Shown here: piece by piece, positions 12,801-25,975 of the stretch
Numbering within the stretch: the first letter of the stretch is position 1
Layout: the number at the start of each line of letters is the position of its first letter
Assembly (NCBI GenBank): GCA_964016885.1
Contig: OZ024743.1
Coordinates: forward strand, 354,454,001-354,518,000
Source of the DNA: Eledone cirrhosa
Taxonomy: Eukaryota
Reading direction: 5' to 3'
DNA length: 64,000 nt
Notes under the pieces: generated by a model
What the model saw: the letters and a program-made list of their open reading frames with translations, nothing else
Databases searched by the model: none
Told to the model about the DNA's origin: nothing
Position numbers and translations under genes: made by a program

Positions 12801-15800
12801 TGATAGAGATTGAGGTCTTTGTGATTCTGGTAATGGTGATGCTGATGATTGTCCTCATGCTGGTTGTTGTTGGTGGTAGAGATTGAGGTTTTTTTGAATC
12901 TGGTAATGGTGAATCTGATGAGTGTCTTCATGCTGGTTGTTGTTGGTGATAGAGATTGAGGTCTCTGTGATTCTGGTAATGGTGATGCTGATGATTGTCT
13001 TCATGCTGGTTGTTGTTGGTGATAGAGATTGAGGTTTTTGTGATTCTGGAAATGGTGATGCTGATGATTGTCTTTATGCTGGTTGTTGTTGGTGGTAGAG
13101 ATTGAGGTTTTTGTGATTCTGGTAATGGTGATGCTGATGATTGTCCTCATGCTGGTTGTTGTTGGTGGTAGAGACTGAGGTTTTTGTGATTCTGGTAATG
13201 GTGATGCTGATGATTGTCCTCATGCTGGTGTTGCTGGTGGTAGAGATTGAGGTTTTTGTGATTCTGGTAATGGTGAATCTGATGATTGTCTTCATGCTGG
13301 TTGTTGTTGGTGATAGAGATTGAGGTCTCTGTGATTCTGGTAATGGTGATGCTGATGATTGTCTTCATGCTGGTTGTTGTTGGTGATAGAGATTGAGGTT
13401 TTTGTGATTCTGGTAATGGTGATGCTGATGATTGTTTTCATACTGGTTGATGTTGGTGGTAGAGATTGAGGTTTTTGGAATTCTGGTAATGGTGATGCTG
13501 ATGATTGTCTTCATGCTGGTTGTTGTTGGTGGTAGAGATTGAGTTTTTTGTGATTCTTGTAATGGTGATGCTGATGATTGTCCTCATGCTGGTTGTTGCT
13601 GGTGGTACAGATTGAGGTTTTTGGGATTCTGGTAATGGTGATGCTGATGATTGTCCTCATGCTGGTTGTTGTTGGTGGTAGAGATTGAGGTTTTTGTGTT
13701 TCTGGTAATGGTGATGCTGATGATTGTCTTCATGCTGGTTGTTGTTGGTGGTAGAGATTGAGGTTTTTGTGATTCTGGTAATGGTGATGCTGATGATTGT
13801 CCTCATGCTGGTTGTTGTTGGTGGTAGAGATTGAGGTTTTTGTGTTTCTGGTAATGGTGATGCTGATGATTGTCCTCATGCTGGTTGTTGTTGGTGGTAG
13901 AGATTGAGGTTTTTGTGATTCTGGTAATGGTGATGCTGATGATTGTCCTCATGCTGGTTGTTGTTGGTGGTAGAGACTGAGGTTTTTGTGATTCTGGTAA
14001 TGGTGATGCTGATGATTGTCCTCATGCTGGTGTTGCTGGTGGTAGAGATTGAGGTTTTTGTGATTCTGGTAATGGTGAATCTGATGATTGTACTCATGCT
14101 GGTTGTTGTTGGTGGTAGAGATTGAGGTTTTTGTGATTCTGGTAATGGTGATGCTGATGATTGTCCTCATGCTGGTTGTTGTTAGTGGTAGAGATTGAGG
14201 TTTTTGTGATTCTGGTAATGGTGATGCTGATGATTGTCCTCATGCTGGTTGTTGCTGGTGGTAGGGATTGAGGTTTTTGTGATTCTGGTAATGGTGATGC
14301 TGATGATTGTCCTCATGCTGGTTGTTGTTAGTGGTAGAGATTGAGGTTTTTGTGATTCTGGTAATGGTGATGCTGATGATTGTCCTCATGCTGGTTGTTG
14401 TTAGTGGTAGAGATTGAGGTTTTTGTGATTCTGGTAATGGTGATGCTGATGATTGTCCTCATGCTGGTTGTTGTTAGTGGTAGAGATTGAGGTTTTTGTG
14501 ATTCTGGTAATGGTGATGCTGATGATTTTCCTCATGCTGGTTGTTGTTAGTGGTAGAGATTGAGGTTTTTGTGATTCTGGTAATGGTGATGCTGATGATT
14601 GTCCTCATGCTGGTTGTTGTTAGTGGTAGAGATTGAGGTTTTTGTGATTCTGGTAATGGTGATGCTGATGATTGTCCTCATGCTGGTTGTTGTTGGTGGT
14701 AGAGATTGAGGTTTTTGTAATTCTGGTAATGGTGATGCTGATGATTGGCCTCATGCTGGTTGTTGGTGGTGGTAGAGATTGAGGTTTTTGTGATTCTGGT
14801 AATGGTGATGCTGATGATTGTCCTCATGCTGGTTGTTGTTGGTGGTAGAGATTGAGGTTTTTGTGATTCTTGTAATGGTGATGCGGATGATTGTCCTCAT
14901 GCTGGTTGTTGTTGGTGGTAGAGATTGAGGTTTTTGTGATCCTGGTAATGGTGATGCTGATGATTGTCCTCATGCTGGTTGTTGTTGGTGGTAGAGATTG
15001 AGGTTTTTGTGATTCTGGTAATGGTGATGCTGATGATTGTCTTCATGCTGGTTGTTGTTGGTGATAGAGATTGAGGTCTTTGTGATTCTGGTAATGGTGA
15101 TGCTGATGATTGTCCTCATGCTGGTTGTTGTTGGTGGTAGAGATTGAGGTTTTTTTGAATCTGGTAATGGTGAATCTGATGAGTGTCTTCATGCTGGTTG
15201 TTGTTGGTGATAGAGATTGAGGTCTCTGTGATTCTGGTAATGGTGATGCTGATGATTGTCTTCATGCTGGTTGTTGTTGGTGATAGAGATTGAGGTTTTT
15301 GTGATTCTGGTAATGGTGATGCTGATGATTGTCTTTATGCTGGTTGTTGTTGGTGGTAGAGATTGAGGTTTTTGTGATTCTGGTAATGGTGATGCTGATG
15401 ATTGTCCTCATGCTGGTTGTTGTTGGTGGTAGAGACTGAGGTTTTTGTGATTCTGGTAATGGTGATGCTGATGATTGTCCTCATGCTGGTGTTGCTGGTG
15501 GTAGAGATTGAGGTTTTTGTGATTCTGGTAATGGTGAATCTGATGATTGTCTTCATGCTGGTTGTTGTTGGTGATAGAGATTGAGGTCTCTGTGATTCTG
15601 GTAATGGTGATGCTGATGATTGTCTTCATGCTGGTTGTTGTTGGTGATAGAGATTGAGGTTTTTGTGATTCTGGTAATGGTGATGCTGATGATTGTTTTC
15701 ATGCTGGTTGATGTTGGTGGTAGAGATTGAGGTTTTTGGAATTCTGGTAATGGTGATGCTGATGATTGTCTTCATGCTGGTTGTTGTTGGTGGTAGAGAT

Positions 15801-18800
15801 TGAGTTTTTTGTGATTCTTGTAATGGTGATGCTGATGATTGTCCTCATGCTGGTTGTTGCTGGTGGTACAGATTGAGGTTTTTGGGATTCTGGTAATGGT
15901 GATGCTGATGATTGTCCTCATGCTGGTTGTTGTTGGTGGTAGAGATTGAGGTTTTTGTGTTTCTGGTAATGGTGATGCTGATGATTGTCCTCATGCTGGT
16001 TGTTGTTGGTGGTAGAGATTGAGGTTTTTGTGTTTCTGATAATGGTGATGCTGATGATTGTCTTCATGCTGGTTGTTGTTGGTGGTAGAGATTGAGGTTT
16101 TTGTGTTTCTGGTAATGGTGATGCTGATGATTGTCTTCATGCTGGTTGTTGTTGGTGGTAGAGATTGAGGTTTTTGTGTTTCTGGTAATGGTGATGCTGA
16201 TGATATTTCTCATGCTGGTTGTTGTTGGTGGTAGAGATTGATGTTTTTGGGATTCTGGTAATGGTGATGCTGATGATTGTCTTCATGCTGGTTGTTGTTG
16301 GTGGTAGAGATTGAGGTTTTTGTGATTCTGGTAATGGTGATGCTGATGATTGTCTTCATGCTGGTTGTCATTGGTGGTAGAGATTGACGTTTTTGTTATT
16401 CTGGTAATGGTGATGCTGATGATTGTCTTCATGCTGGTTGTTGTTGGTGGTAGAGATTGAGGTTTTTGTGATTCTGGTAATGGTGATGCTGATGATTGTC
16501 CACATGCTGGTTTTTGTTGGTGGTAGAGATTGAGGTATCTGTGATTCTGGTAATGGTGATGCTGATGATTGTCTTCATGCTGGTCTTGTTGGTGGTAGAG
16601 ATTGAGGTTTTTGTGATTCTGGTAATGGTGATGCTGATGATTGTCCTCATGCTGGTTGTTGTTGGTGGTAGAGATTGAGGTTTTTGTGATTCTGGTAATG
16701 GTGATGCTGATGATTGTCCTCATGCTGGTTGTTGTTGGTGGTAGAGATTGAGGTTTTTGTGATTCTGGTAATGGTGATGCTGATGATTGTCTTCATGCTG
16801 GTTGTTGTTGGTGATAGAGATTGAGGTTTTTGTGATTCTGGTAATGGTGATGCTGATGATTGTTTTCATGCTGGTTGATGTTGGTGGTAGAGATTGAGGT
16901 TTTTGTGATTCTGGTAATGGTGATGCTGATGATTGTCTTTATGCTGGTTGTTGTTGGTGGTAGAGATTGAGGTTTTTGTGATTCTGGTAATGGTGATGCT
17001 GATGATTGTCCTCATGCTGGTTGTTGTTGGTGGTAGAGATTGAGGTTTTTGTGATTCTGGTAATGGTGATGCTGATGATTGTCCTCATGCTGGTTGTTGT
17101 TAGTGGTAGAGATTGAGGTTTTTGTGATTCTGGTAATGGTGATGCTGATGATTCTCTTCATGCTGGTTGTTGTTGGTGGTAGAGATTGAGGTTTTTGTGA
17201 ATTTGGTAATGGTGATGCTGATGATTGTCTTCATGCTGGTTGTTGTTGGTGGTAGAGATTGAGGTTTTTGTGATTCTGGTAATGGTGATGCTGATGATTG
17301 TCCTCATGCTGGTTGTTGTTAGTGGTAGAGATTGAGGTTTTTGTGATTCTGGTAATGGTGATGCTGATGATTGTCCTCATGCTGGTTGTTGCTGGTGGTA
17401 GGGATTGAGGTTTTTGTGATTCTGGTAATGGTGATGCTGATGATTGTCCTCATGCTGGTTGTTGTTAGTGGTAGAGATTGAGGTTTTTGTGATTCTGGTA
17501 ATGGTGATGCGGATGATTGTCCTCATGCTGGTTGTTGTTAGTGGTAGAGATTGAGGTTTTTGTGATTCTGGTAATGGTGATGCTGATGATTGTCCTCATG
17601 CTGGTTGTTGTTAGTGGTAGAGATTGAGGTTTTTGTGATTCTGGTAATGGTGATGCTGATGATTTTCCTCATGCTGGTTGTTGTTAGTGGTAGAGATTGA
17701 GGTTTTTGTGATTCTGGTAATGGTGATGCTGATGATTGTCCTCATGCTGGTTGTTGTTAGTGGTAGAGATTGAGGTTTTTGTGATTCTGGTAATGGTGAT
17801 GCTGATGATTGTCCTCATGCTGGTTGTTGTTGGTGGTAGAGATTGAGGTTTTTGTAATTCTGGTAATGGTGATGCTGATGATTGGCCTCATGCTGGTTGT
17901 TGGTGGTGGTAGAGATTGAGGTTTTTGTGATTCTGGTAATGGTGATGCTGATGATTGTCCTCATGCTGGTTGTTGTTGGTGGTAGAGATTGAGGTTTTTG
18001 TGATTCTTGTAATGGTGACGCGGATGATTGTCCTCATGCTGGTTGTTGTTGGTGGTAGAGATTGAGGTTTTTGTGATCCTGGTAATGGTGATGCTGATGA
18101 TTGTCCTCATGCTGGTTGTTGTTGGTGGTAGAGATTGAGGTTTTTGTGATTCTGGTAATGGTGATGCTGATGATTGTCTTCATGCTGGTTGTTGTTGGTG
18201 ATAGAGATTGAGGTCTTTGTGATTCTGGTAATGGTGATGCTGATGATTGTCCTCATGCTGGTTGTTGTTGGTGGTAGAGATTGAGGTTTTTTTGAATCTG
18301 GTAATGGTGAATCTGATGATTGTCTTCATGCTGGTTGTTGTTGGTGATAGAGATTGAGGTCTCTGTGATTCTGGTAATGGTGATGCTGATGATTGTCTTC
18401 ATGCTGGTTGTTGTTGGTGATAGAGATTGAGGTTTTTGTGATTCTGGTAATGGTGATGCTGATGATTGTCTTTATGCTGGTTGTTGTTGGTGGTAGAGAT
18501 TGAGGTTTTTGTGATTCTGGTAATGGTGATGCTGATGATTGTCCTCATGCTGGTTGTTGTTGGTGGTAGAGACTGAGGTTTTTGTGATTCTGGTAATGGT
18601 GATGCTGATGATTGTCCTCATGCTGGTGTTGCTGGTGGTAGAGATTGAGGTTTTTGTGATTCTGGTAATGGTGAATCTGATGATTGTCTTCATGCTGGTT
18701 GTTGTTGGTGATAGAGATTGAGGTCTCTGTGATTCTGGTAATGGTGATGCTGATGATTGTCTTCATGCTGGTTGTTGTTGGTGATAGAGATTGAGGTTTT

Positions 18801-19850
18801 TGTGATTCTGGTAATGGTGTTGCTGATGATTGTTTTCATGCTGGTTGATGTTGGTGGTAGAGATTGAGGTTTTTGGAATTCTGGTAATGGTGATGCTGAT
18901 GATTGTCTTCATGCTGGTTGTTGTTGGTGGTAGAGATTGAGTTTTTTGTGATTCTTGTAATGGTGATGCTGATGATTGTCCTCATGCTGGTTGTTGTTGG
19001 TGGTACAGATTGAGGTTTTTGGGATTCTGGTAATGGTGATGCTGATGATTGTCCTCATGCTGGTTGTTGTTGGTGGTAGAGATTGAGGTTTTTGTGTTTC
19101 TGGTAATGGTGATGCTGATGATTGTCCTCATGCTGGTTGTTGTTGGTGGTAGAGATTGAGGTTTTTGTGTTTCTGGTAATGGTGATGCTGATGATTGTCT
19201 TCATGCTGGTTGTTGTTGGTGGTAGAGATTGAGGTTTTTGTGTTTCTGGTAATGGTGATGCTGATGATTGTCTTCATGCTGGTTGTTGTTGGTGGTAGAG
19301 ATTGAGGTTTTTGTGTTTCTGATAATGGTGATGCTGATGATATTTCTCATGCTGGTTGTTGTTGGTGGTAGAGATTGATGTTTTTGGGATTCTGGTAATG
19401 GTGATGCTGATGATTGTCTTCATGCTGGTTGTTGTTGGTGGTAGAGATTGAGGTTTTTGTGATTCTGGTAATGGTGATGCTGATGATTGTCTTCATGCTG
19501 GTTGTCATTGGTGGTAGAGATTGACGTTTTTGTTATTCTGGTAATGGTGATGCTGATGATTGTCTTCATGCTGGTTGTTGTTGGTGGTAGAGATTGAGGT
19601 TTTTGGGATTCTGGTAATGGTGATGCTGATGATTGTCCACATGCTGGTTGTTGTTGGTGGTAGAGATTGAGGTATCTGTGATTCTGGTAATGGTGATGCT
19701 GATGATTGTCTTCATGCTGGTCTTGTTGGTGGTAGAGATTGAGTTTTTGTGATTCTGGTAATGGTGATGCTGATGATTGTCCTCATGCTGGTTGTTGTTG
19801 GTGGTAGAGATTGAGGTTTTTGTGATTATGGTAATGGTGATGCTGATGAT
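6860..19850. repeat. Variable-length HOR family, five related copies with periods of 35, 31, 31 and 43 monomers
   Basis: Marker GGCCTCATG at 7669, 10224, 12486, 14747 and 17884 (offsets 2555, 2262, 2261, 3137). The last three offsets recur among the repeated ORFs at 10812, 13074, 15335 and 18472. Each offset equals n x 73 minus the number of enclosed 72-bp monomers. Confidence 0.88.
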
Positions 19851-22849
19851 TGTCTTCATGCTGGTGGTTGTTGGTGGTAGAGATTGAGGTTCTTGTGATT
19901 CTGGTAATGGTGATGCTGATGATTGTCCTCATGCTGGTTGTTGTTGGTGGTAGAGATTGAGGTTTTTGTGATTCTGGTAATGGTGATGCTGATGATTGTC
20001 CTCATGCTGGTTGTTGTTGGTGGTAGAGATTGAGGTTTTTGTAATTCTGGTAATGGTGATGCTGATGATTGTACTGATGCTGGTTGTTGTTGGTGGTAGA
20101 GATTGAGGTTTTTGTGATTCTGGTAATGGTGATGCTGATGATTGTCCTCATGCTGGTTGTTGTTAGTGGTAGAGATTGAGGTTTTTGTGATTCTGGTAAT
20201 GGTGATGCTGATGATTGTCCTCATGCTGGTTGTTGTTGGTGGTAGAGATTGAGGTTTTTGTGATTCTGGTGATGATGATGCTGATGAATGTCTTCATGCT
20301 GGTTGTTGCTGGTGGTAGGGATTGAGGTTTTTGTGATTCTGGTAATGGTGATGCTGATGATTGTCCTCATGCTGGTTGTTGTTGGTGGTAGAGATTGAGG
20401 TTTTTGTGATTCTGGTAATGGTGATGCTGATGAATGTCTTCATGCTGGTTGTTGTTGGTGGTAGAGATTGAGGTTTTTGTGATTCTGGTAATGGTGATGC
20501 TGATGATTGTCCTCATGCTGGTTGTTGTTGGTGGAAGAGATTGAGGTTTTTGTGATTCTGGTAATGGTGATGCTGATGATTGTCTTCATGCTGGTTGTTG
20601 CTGGTGGTAGGGATTGAGGTTTTTGTGATTCTGGTAATGTAATGCTGATGATTGTCCTCATGCTGGTTGTTGTTGGTGGTAGAGATTGAGGTTTTTGTGA
20701 TTCTGGTAATGGTGATGCTGATGAATGTCTTCATGCTGGTTGTTGCTGGTGGTAGGGATTGAGGTTTTTGTGATTCTGGTAATGGTGATGCTGATGATTG
20801 TCCTCATGCTGGTTGTCATTGGTGGTAGAGATTGAGGTTTTTGTGATTCTGGTAATGGTGATGCTGATGAATGTCTTCATGCTGGTTGTTGTTGGTGGTA
20901 GAGATTGAGGTTTTTGTGATTCTGGTAATGGTGATGCTGATGATTGTCCTCATGCTGGTTGTTGCTGGTGGTAGGGATTGAGGTTTTTGTGATTCTGGTA
21001 ATGGTGATGCTGATGATTGTCCTCATGCTGGTTGTTGTTGGTGGTAGAGATTGAGGTTTTTGTGATTCTGGTAATGGTGATGCTGATGAATGTCTTCATG
21101 CTGGTTGTTGTTGGTGGTAGAGATTGAGGTTTTTGTGATTCTGGTAATGGTGATGCTGATGATTGTCCTCATGGTGGTTGTTGTTGGTGGTTGAGATTGA
21201 GGTTTTTGTGATTCTGGTAATGGTGATGCTGATGATTGTCCTCATGCTGGTTGTTGTTGGTGGTAGAGATTGAGGTTTTTGGAATTCTGGTAATGGTGAT
21301 GCTGATGATTGTCTTCATGCTGGTTGTTGTTGGTGGTAGAGATTGAGTTTTTTGTGATTCTTGTAATGGTGATGCTGATGATTGTCCTCATGCTGGTTGT
21401 TGTTGGTGGTACAGATTGAGGTTTTTGGGATTCTGGTAATGGTGATGCTGATGATTGTCCTCATGCTGGTGGTTGTTGGTGGTAGAGATTGAGGTTTTTG
21501 TGTTTCTGGTAATGGTGATGCTGATGATTGTCCTCATGCTGGTTGTTGTTGGTGGTAGAGATTGAGGTTTTTGTGTTTCTGGTAATGGTGATGCTGATGA
21601 TTGTCTTCATGCTGGTTGTTGTTGGTGGTAGAGATTGAGGTTTTTGTGTTTCTGGTAATGGTGATGCTGATGATATTTCTCATGCTGGTTGTTGTTGGTG
21701 GTAGAGATTGAGGTTTTTGGGATTCTGGTAATGGTGATGCTGATGATTGTCTTCATGCTGGTTGTTGTTGGTGGTAGAGATTGAGGTTTTTGTGATTCTG
21801 GTAATGGTGATGCTGATGATTGTCTTCATGCTGGTTGTCATTGGTGGTAGAGATTGACGTTTTTGTTATTCTGGTAATGGTGATGCTGATGATTGTCTTC
21901 ATGCTGGTTGTTGTTGGTGGTAGAGATTGAGGTTTTTGTGATTCTGGTAATGGTGATGCTGATGATTGTCCACATGCTGGTTGTTGTTGGTGGTAGAGAT
22001 TGAGGTATCTGTGATTCTGGTAATGGTGATGCTGATGATTGTCTTCATGCTGGTCTTGTTGGTGGTAGAGATTGAGGTTTTTGTGATTCTGGTAATGGTG
22101 ATGCTGATGATTGTCCTCATGCTGGTTGTTGTTGGTGGTAGAGATTGAGGTTTTTGTGATTCTGGTAATGGTGATGCTGATGATTGTCCTCATGCTGGTT
22201 GTTGTTGGTGGTAGAGATTGAGGTTTTTGTGATCCTGGTAATGGTGATGCTGATGATTGTCCTCATGCTGGTTGTTGTTGGTGGTAGAGATTGAGGTTTT
22301 TGTGATTATGGTAATGGTGATGCTGATGATTGTCTTCATGCTGGTGGTTGTTGGTGGTAGAGATTGAGGTTTTTGTGATTCTGGTAATGGTGATGCTGAT
22401 GATTGTCCTCATGCTGGTTGTTGTTGGTGGTAGATATTGAGGTTTTTGTGATCCTGGTAATGGTGATGCTGATGATTGTCCTCATGCTGGTTGTTGTTGG
22501 TGGTAGAGATTGAGGTTTTTGTGATTATGGTAATGGTGATGCTGATGATTGTCTTCATGCTGGTTGTTGTTGGTGGTAGAGATTGAGGTTTTTGTGATTC
22601 TGGTAATGGTGATGCTGATGATTGTCCTCATGCTGGTTGTTGTTGGTGGTAGAGATTGAGGTTTTTGTGATTCTGGTAATGGGGATGCTGATGATTGTCC
22701 TCATGCTGGTTGTTGTTGGTGGTAGAGATTGAGGTTTTTGTGATTCTGGTAATGGTGATGCTGATGATTGTCCTCATGCTGGTTGTTGTTGGTGGTAGAG
22801 ATTGAGGTTTTTGTGATTCTGGTAATGGTGATGCTGATGATTGTCTTCA

Positions 22850-25760
22850 TGCTGGTTGTTGTTGGTGGTAGAGATTGAGGTTTTTGTGATTCTGGTAATG
22901 GTGATGCTGATGATTGTCCTCATGCTGGTTGTTGTTGGTGGTAGAGATTGAGGTTTTTGTGATTCTGGTAATGGTGATGCTGATGATTGTCCTCATGCTG
23001 GTTGTTGTTGGTGGTAGAGATTGAGGTTTTTGTGATTCTAGTAATGGTGATGCTGATGATTGTCTTCATGCTGGTTGTTGTTGGTGGTAGAGATTGAGGT
23101 TTTTGTGATTCTGGTAATGGTGATGCTGATGATTGTCCTCATGCTGGTTGTTGTTGGTGGTAGAGATTGAGGTTTTTGTGATTCTGGTAATGGTGATGCT
23201 GATGATTGTCCTCATGCTGGTTGTTGTTGGTGGTAGAGATTGAGGTTTTTGTAATTCTGGTAATGGTGATGCTGATGATTGTACTGATGCTGGTTGTTGT
23301 TGGTGGTAGAGATTGAGGTTTTTGTGATTCTGGTAATGGTGATGCTGATGATTGTCCTCATGCTGGTTGTTGTTAGTGGTAGAGATTGAGGTTTTTGTGA
23401 TTCTGCTAATGGTGATGCTGATGATTGTCCTCATGCTGGTTGTTGTTGGTGGTAGAGATTGAGGTTTTTGTGATTCTGGTAATGATGATGCTGATGAATG
23501 TCTTCATGCTGGTTGTTGCTGGTGGTAGGGATTGAGGTTTTTGTGATTCTGGTAATGGTGATGCTGATGATTGTCCTCATGCTGGTTGTTGTTGGTGGTA
23601 GAGATTGAGGTTTTTGTGATTCTGGTAATGGTGATGCTGATGAATGTCTTCATGCTGGTTGTTGTTGGTGGTAGAGATTGATGTTTTTGTGATTCTGGTA
23701 ATGGTGATGCTGATGATTGTCCTCATGCTGGTTGTTGTTGGTGGAAGAGATTGAGGTTTTTGTGATTCTGGTAATGGTGATGCTGATGATTGTCTTCATG
23801 CTGGTTGTTGCTGGTGGTAGGGATTGAGGTTTTTGTGATTCTGGTAATGTAATGCTGATGATTGTCCTCATGCTGGTTGTTGTTGGTGGTAGAGATTGAG
23901 GTTTTTGTGATTCTGGTAATGGTGATGCTGATGAATGTCTTCATGCTGGTTGTTGTTGGTGGTAGAGATTGAGGTTTTTGTGATTCTGGTAATGGTGATG
24001 CTGATGAATGTCTTCATGCTGGTTGTTGCTGGTGGTAGGGATTGAGGTTTTTGTGATTCTGGTAATGTAATGCTGATGATTGTCCTCATGCTGGTTGTTG
24101 TTGGTGGTAGAGATTGAGGTTTTTGTGATTCTGGTAATGGTGATGCTGATGAATGTCTTCATGCTGGTTGTTGCTGGTGGTAGGGATTGAGGTTTTTGTG
24201 ATTCTGGTAATGTAATGCTGATGATTGTCCTCATGCTGGTTGTTGTTGGTGGTAGAGATTGAGGTTTTTGTGATTCTGGTAATGGTGATGCTGATGAATG
24301 TCTTCATGCTGGTTGTTGTTGGTGGTAGAGATTGAGGTTTTTGTGATTCTGGTAATGGTGATGCTGATGATTGTCCTCATGCTGGTTGTTGTTGGTGGTA
24401 GAGATTGAGGTTTTTGTGATTCTGGTAATGGTGATGCTGATGATTGTCCTCATGCTGGTTGTTGTTGGTGGTAGAGATTGAGGTTTTTGTGATTCTAGTA
24501 ATGGTGATGCTGATGATTGTCTTCATGCTGGTTGTTGTTGGTGGTAGAGATTGAGGTTTTTGTGATTCTGGTAATGGTGATGCTGATGATTGTCCTCATG
24601 CTGGTTGTTGTTGGTGGTAGAGATTGAGGTTTTTGTGATTCTGGTAATGGTGATGCTGATGATTGTCCTCATGCTGGTTGTTGTTGGTGGTAGAGATTGA
24701 GGTTTTTGTAATTCTGGTAATGGTGATGCTGATGATTGTACTGATGCTGGTTGTTGTTGGTGGTAGAGATTGAGGTTTTTGTGATTCTGGTAATGGTGAT
24801 GCTGATGATTGTCCTCATGCTGGTTGTTGTTAGTGGTAGAGATTGAGGTTTTTGTGATTCTGGTAATGGTGATGCTGATGATTGTCCTCATGCTGGTTGT
24901 TGTTGGTGGTAGAGATTGAGGTTTTTGTGATTCTGGTAATGATGATGCTGATGAATGTCTTCATGCTGGTTGTTGCTGGTGGTAGGGATTGAGGTTTTTG
25001 TGATTCTGGTAATGGTGATGCTGATGATTGTCCTCATGCTGGTTGTTGTTGGTGGTAGAGATTGAGGTTTTTGTGATTCTGGTAATGGTGATGCTGATGA
25101 ATGTCTTCATGCTGGTTGTTGTTGGTGGTAGAGATTGATGTTTTTGTGATTCTGGTAATGGTGATGCTGATGATTGTCCTCATGCTGGTTGTTGTTGGTG
25201 GAAGAGATTGAGGTTTTTGTGATTCTGGTAATGGTGATGCTGATGATTGTCTTCATGCTGGTTGTTGCTGGTGGTAGGGATTGAGGTTTTTGTGATTCTG
25301 GTAATGTAATGCTGATGATTGTCCTCATGCTGGTTGTTGTTGGTGGTAGAGATTGAGGTTTTTGTGATTCTGGTAATGGTGATGCTGATGAATGTCTTCA
25401 TGCTGGTTGTTGTTGGTGGTAGAGATTGAGGTTTTTGTGATTCTGGTAATGGTGATGCTGATGAATGTCTTCATGCTGGTTGTTGCTGGTGGTAGGGATT
25501 GAGGTTTTTGTGATTCTGGTAATGTAATGCTGATGATTGTCCTCATGCTGGTTGTTGTTGGTGGTAGAGATTGAGGTTTTTGTGATTCTGGTAATGGTGA
25601 TGCTGATGAATGTCTTCATGCTGGTTGTTGCTGGTGGTAGGGATTGAGGTTTTTGTGATTCTGGTAATGTAATGCTGATGATTGTCCTCATGCTGGTTGT
25701 TGTTGGTGGTAGAGATTGAGGTTTTTGTGATTCTGGTAATGGTGATGCTGATGAATGTCT
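22850..25760. repeat. 20-mer HOR (1457 bp), tandem pair 1
   Basis: Near-identical ORF sets at 23066/24523 and 23650/25107, offset 1457 = 20x73 - 3. There are three 72-bp AATGTAATG monomers per unit. Markers: TTCTAGT, GTACTGATG, GGAAGAG. Confidence 0.92.
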
Positions 25761-25975
25761 TCATGCTGGTTGTTGTTGGTGGTAGAGATTGAGGTTTTTG
25801 TGATTCTGGTAATGGTGATGCTGATGATTGTCCTCATGCTGGTTGTTGTTGGTGGTAGAGATTGAGGTTTTTGTGATTCTGGTAATGGTGATGCTGATGA
25901 ATGTCTTCATGCTGGTTGTTGTTGGTGGTAGAGATTGAGGTTTTTGTGATTCTGGTAATGGTGATGCTGATGATT

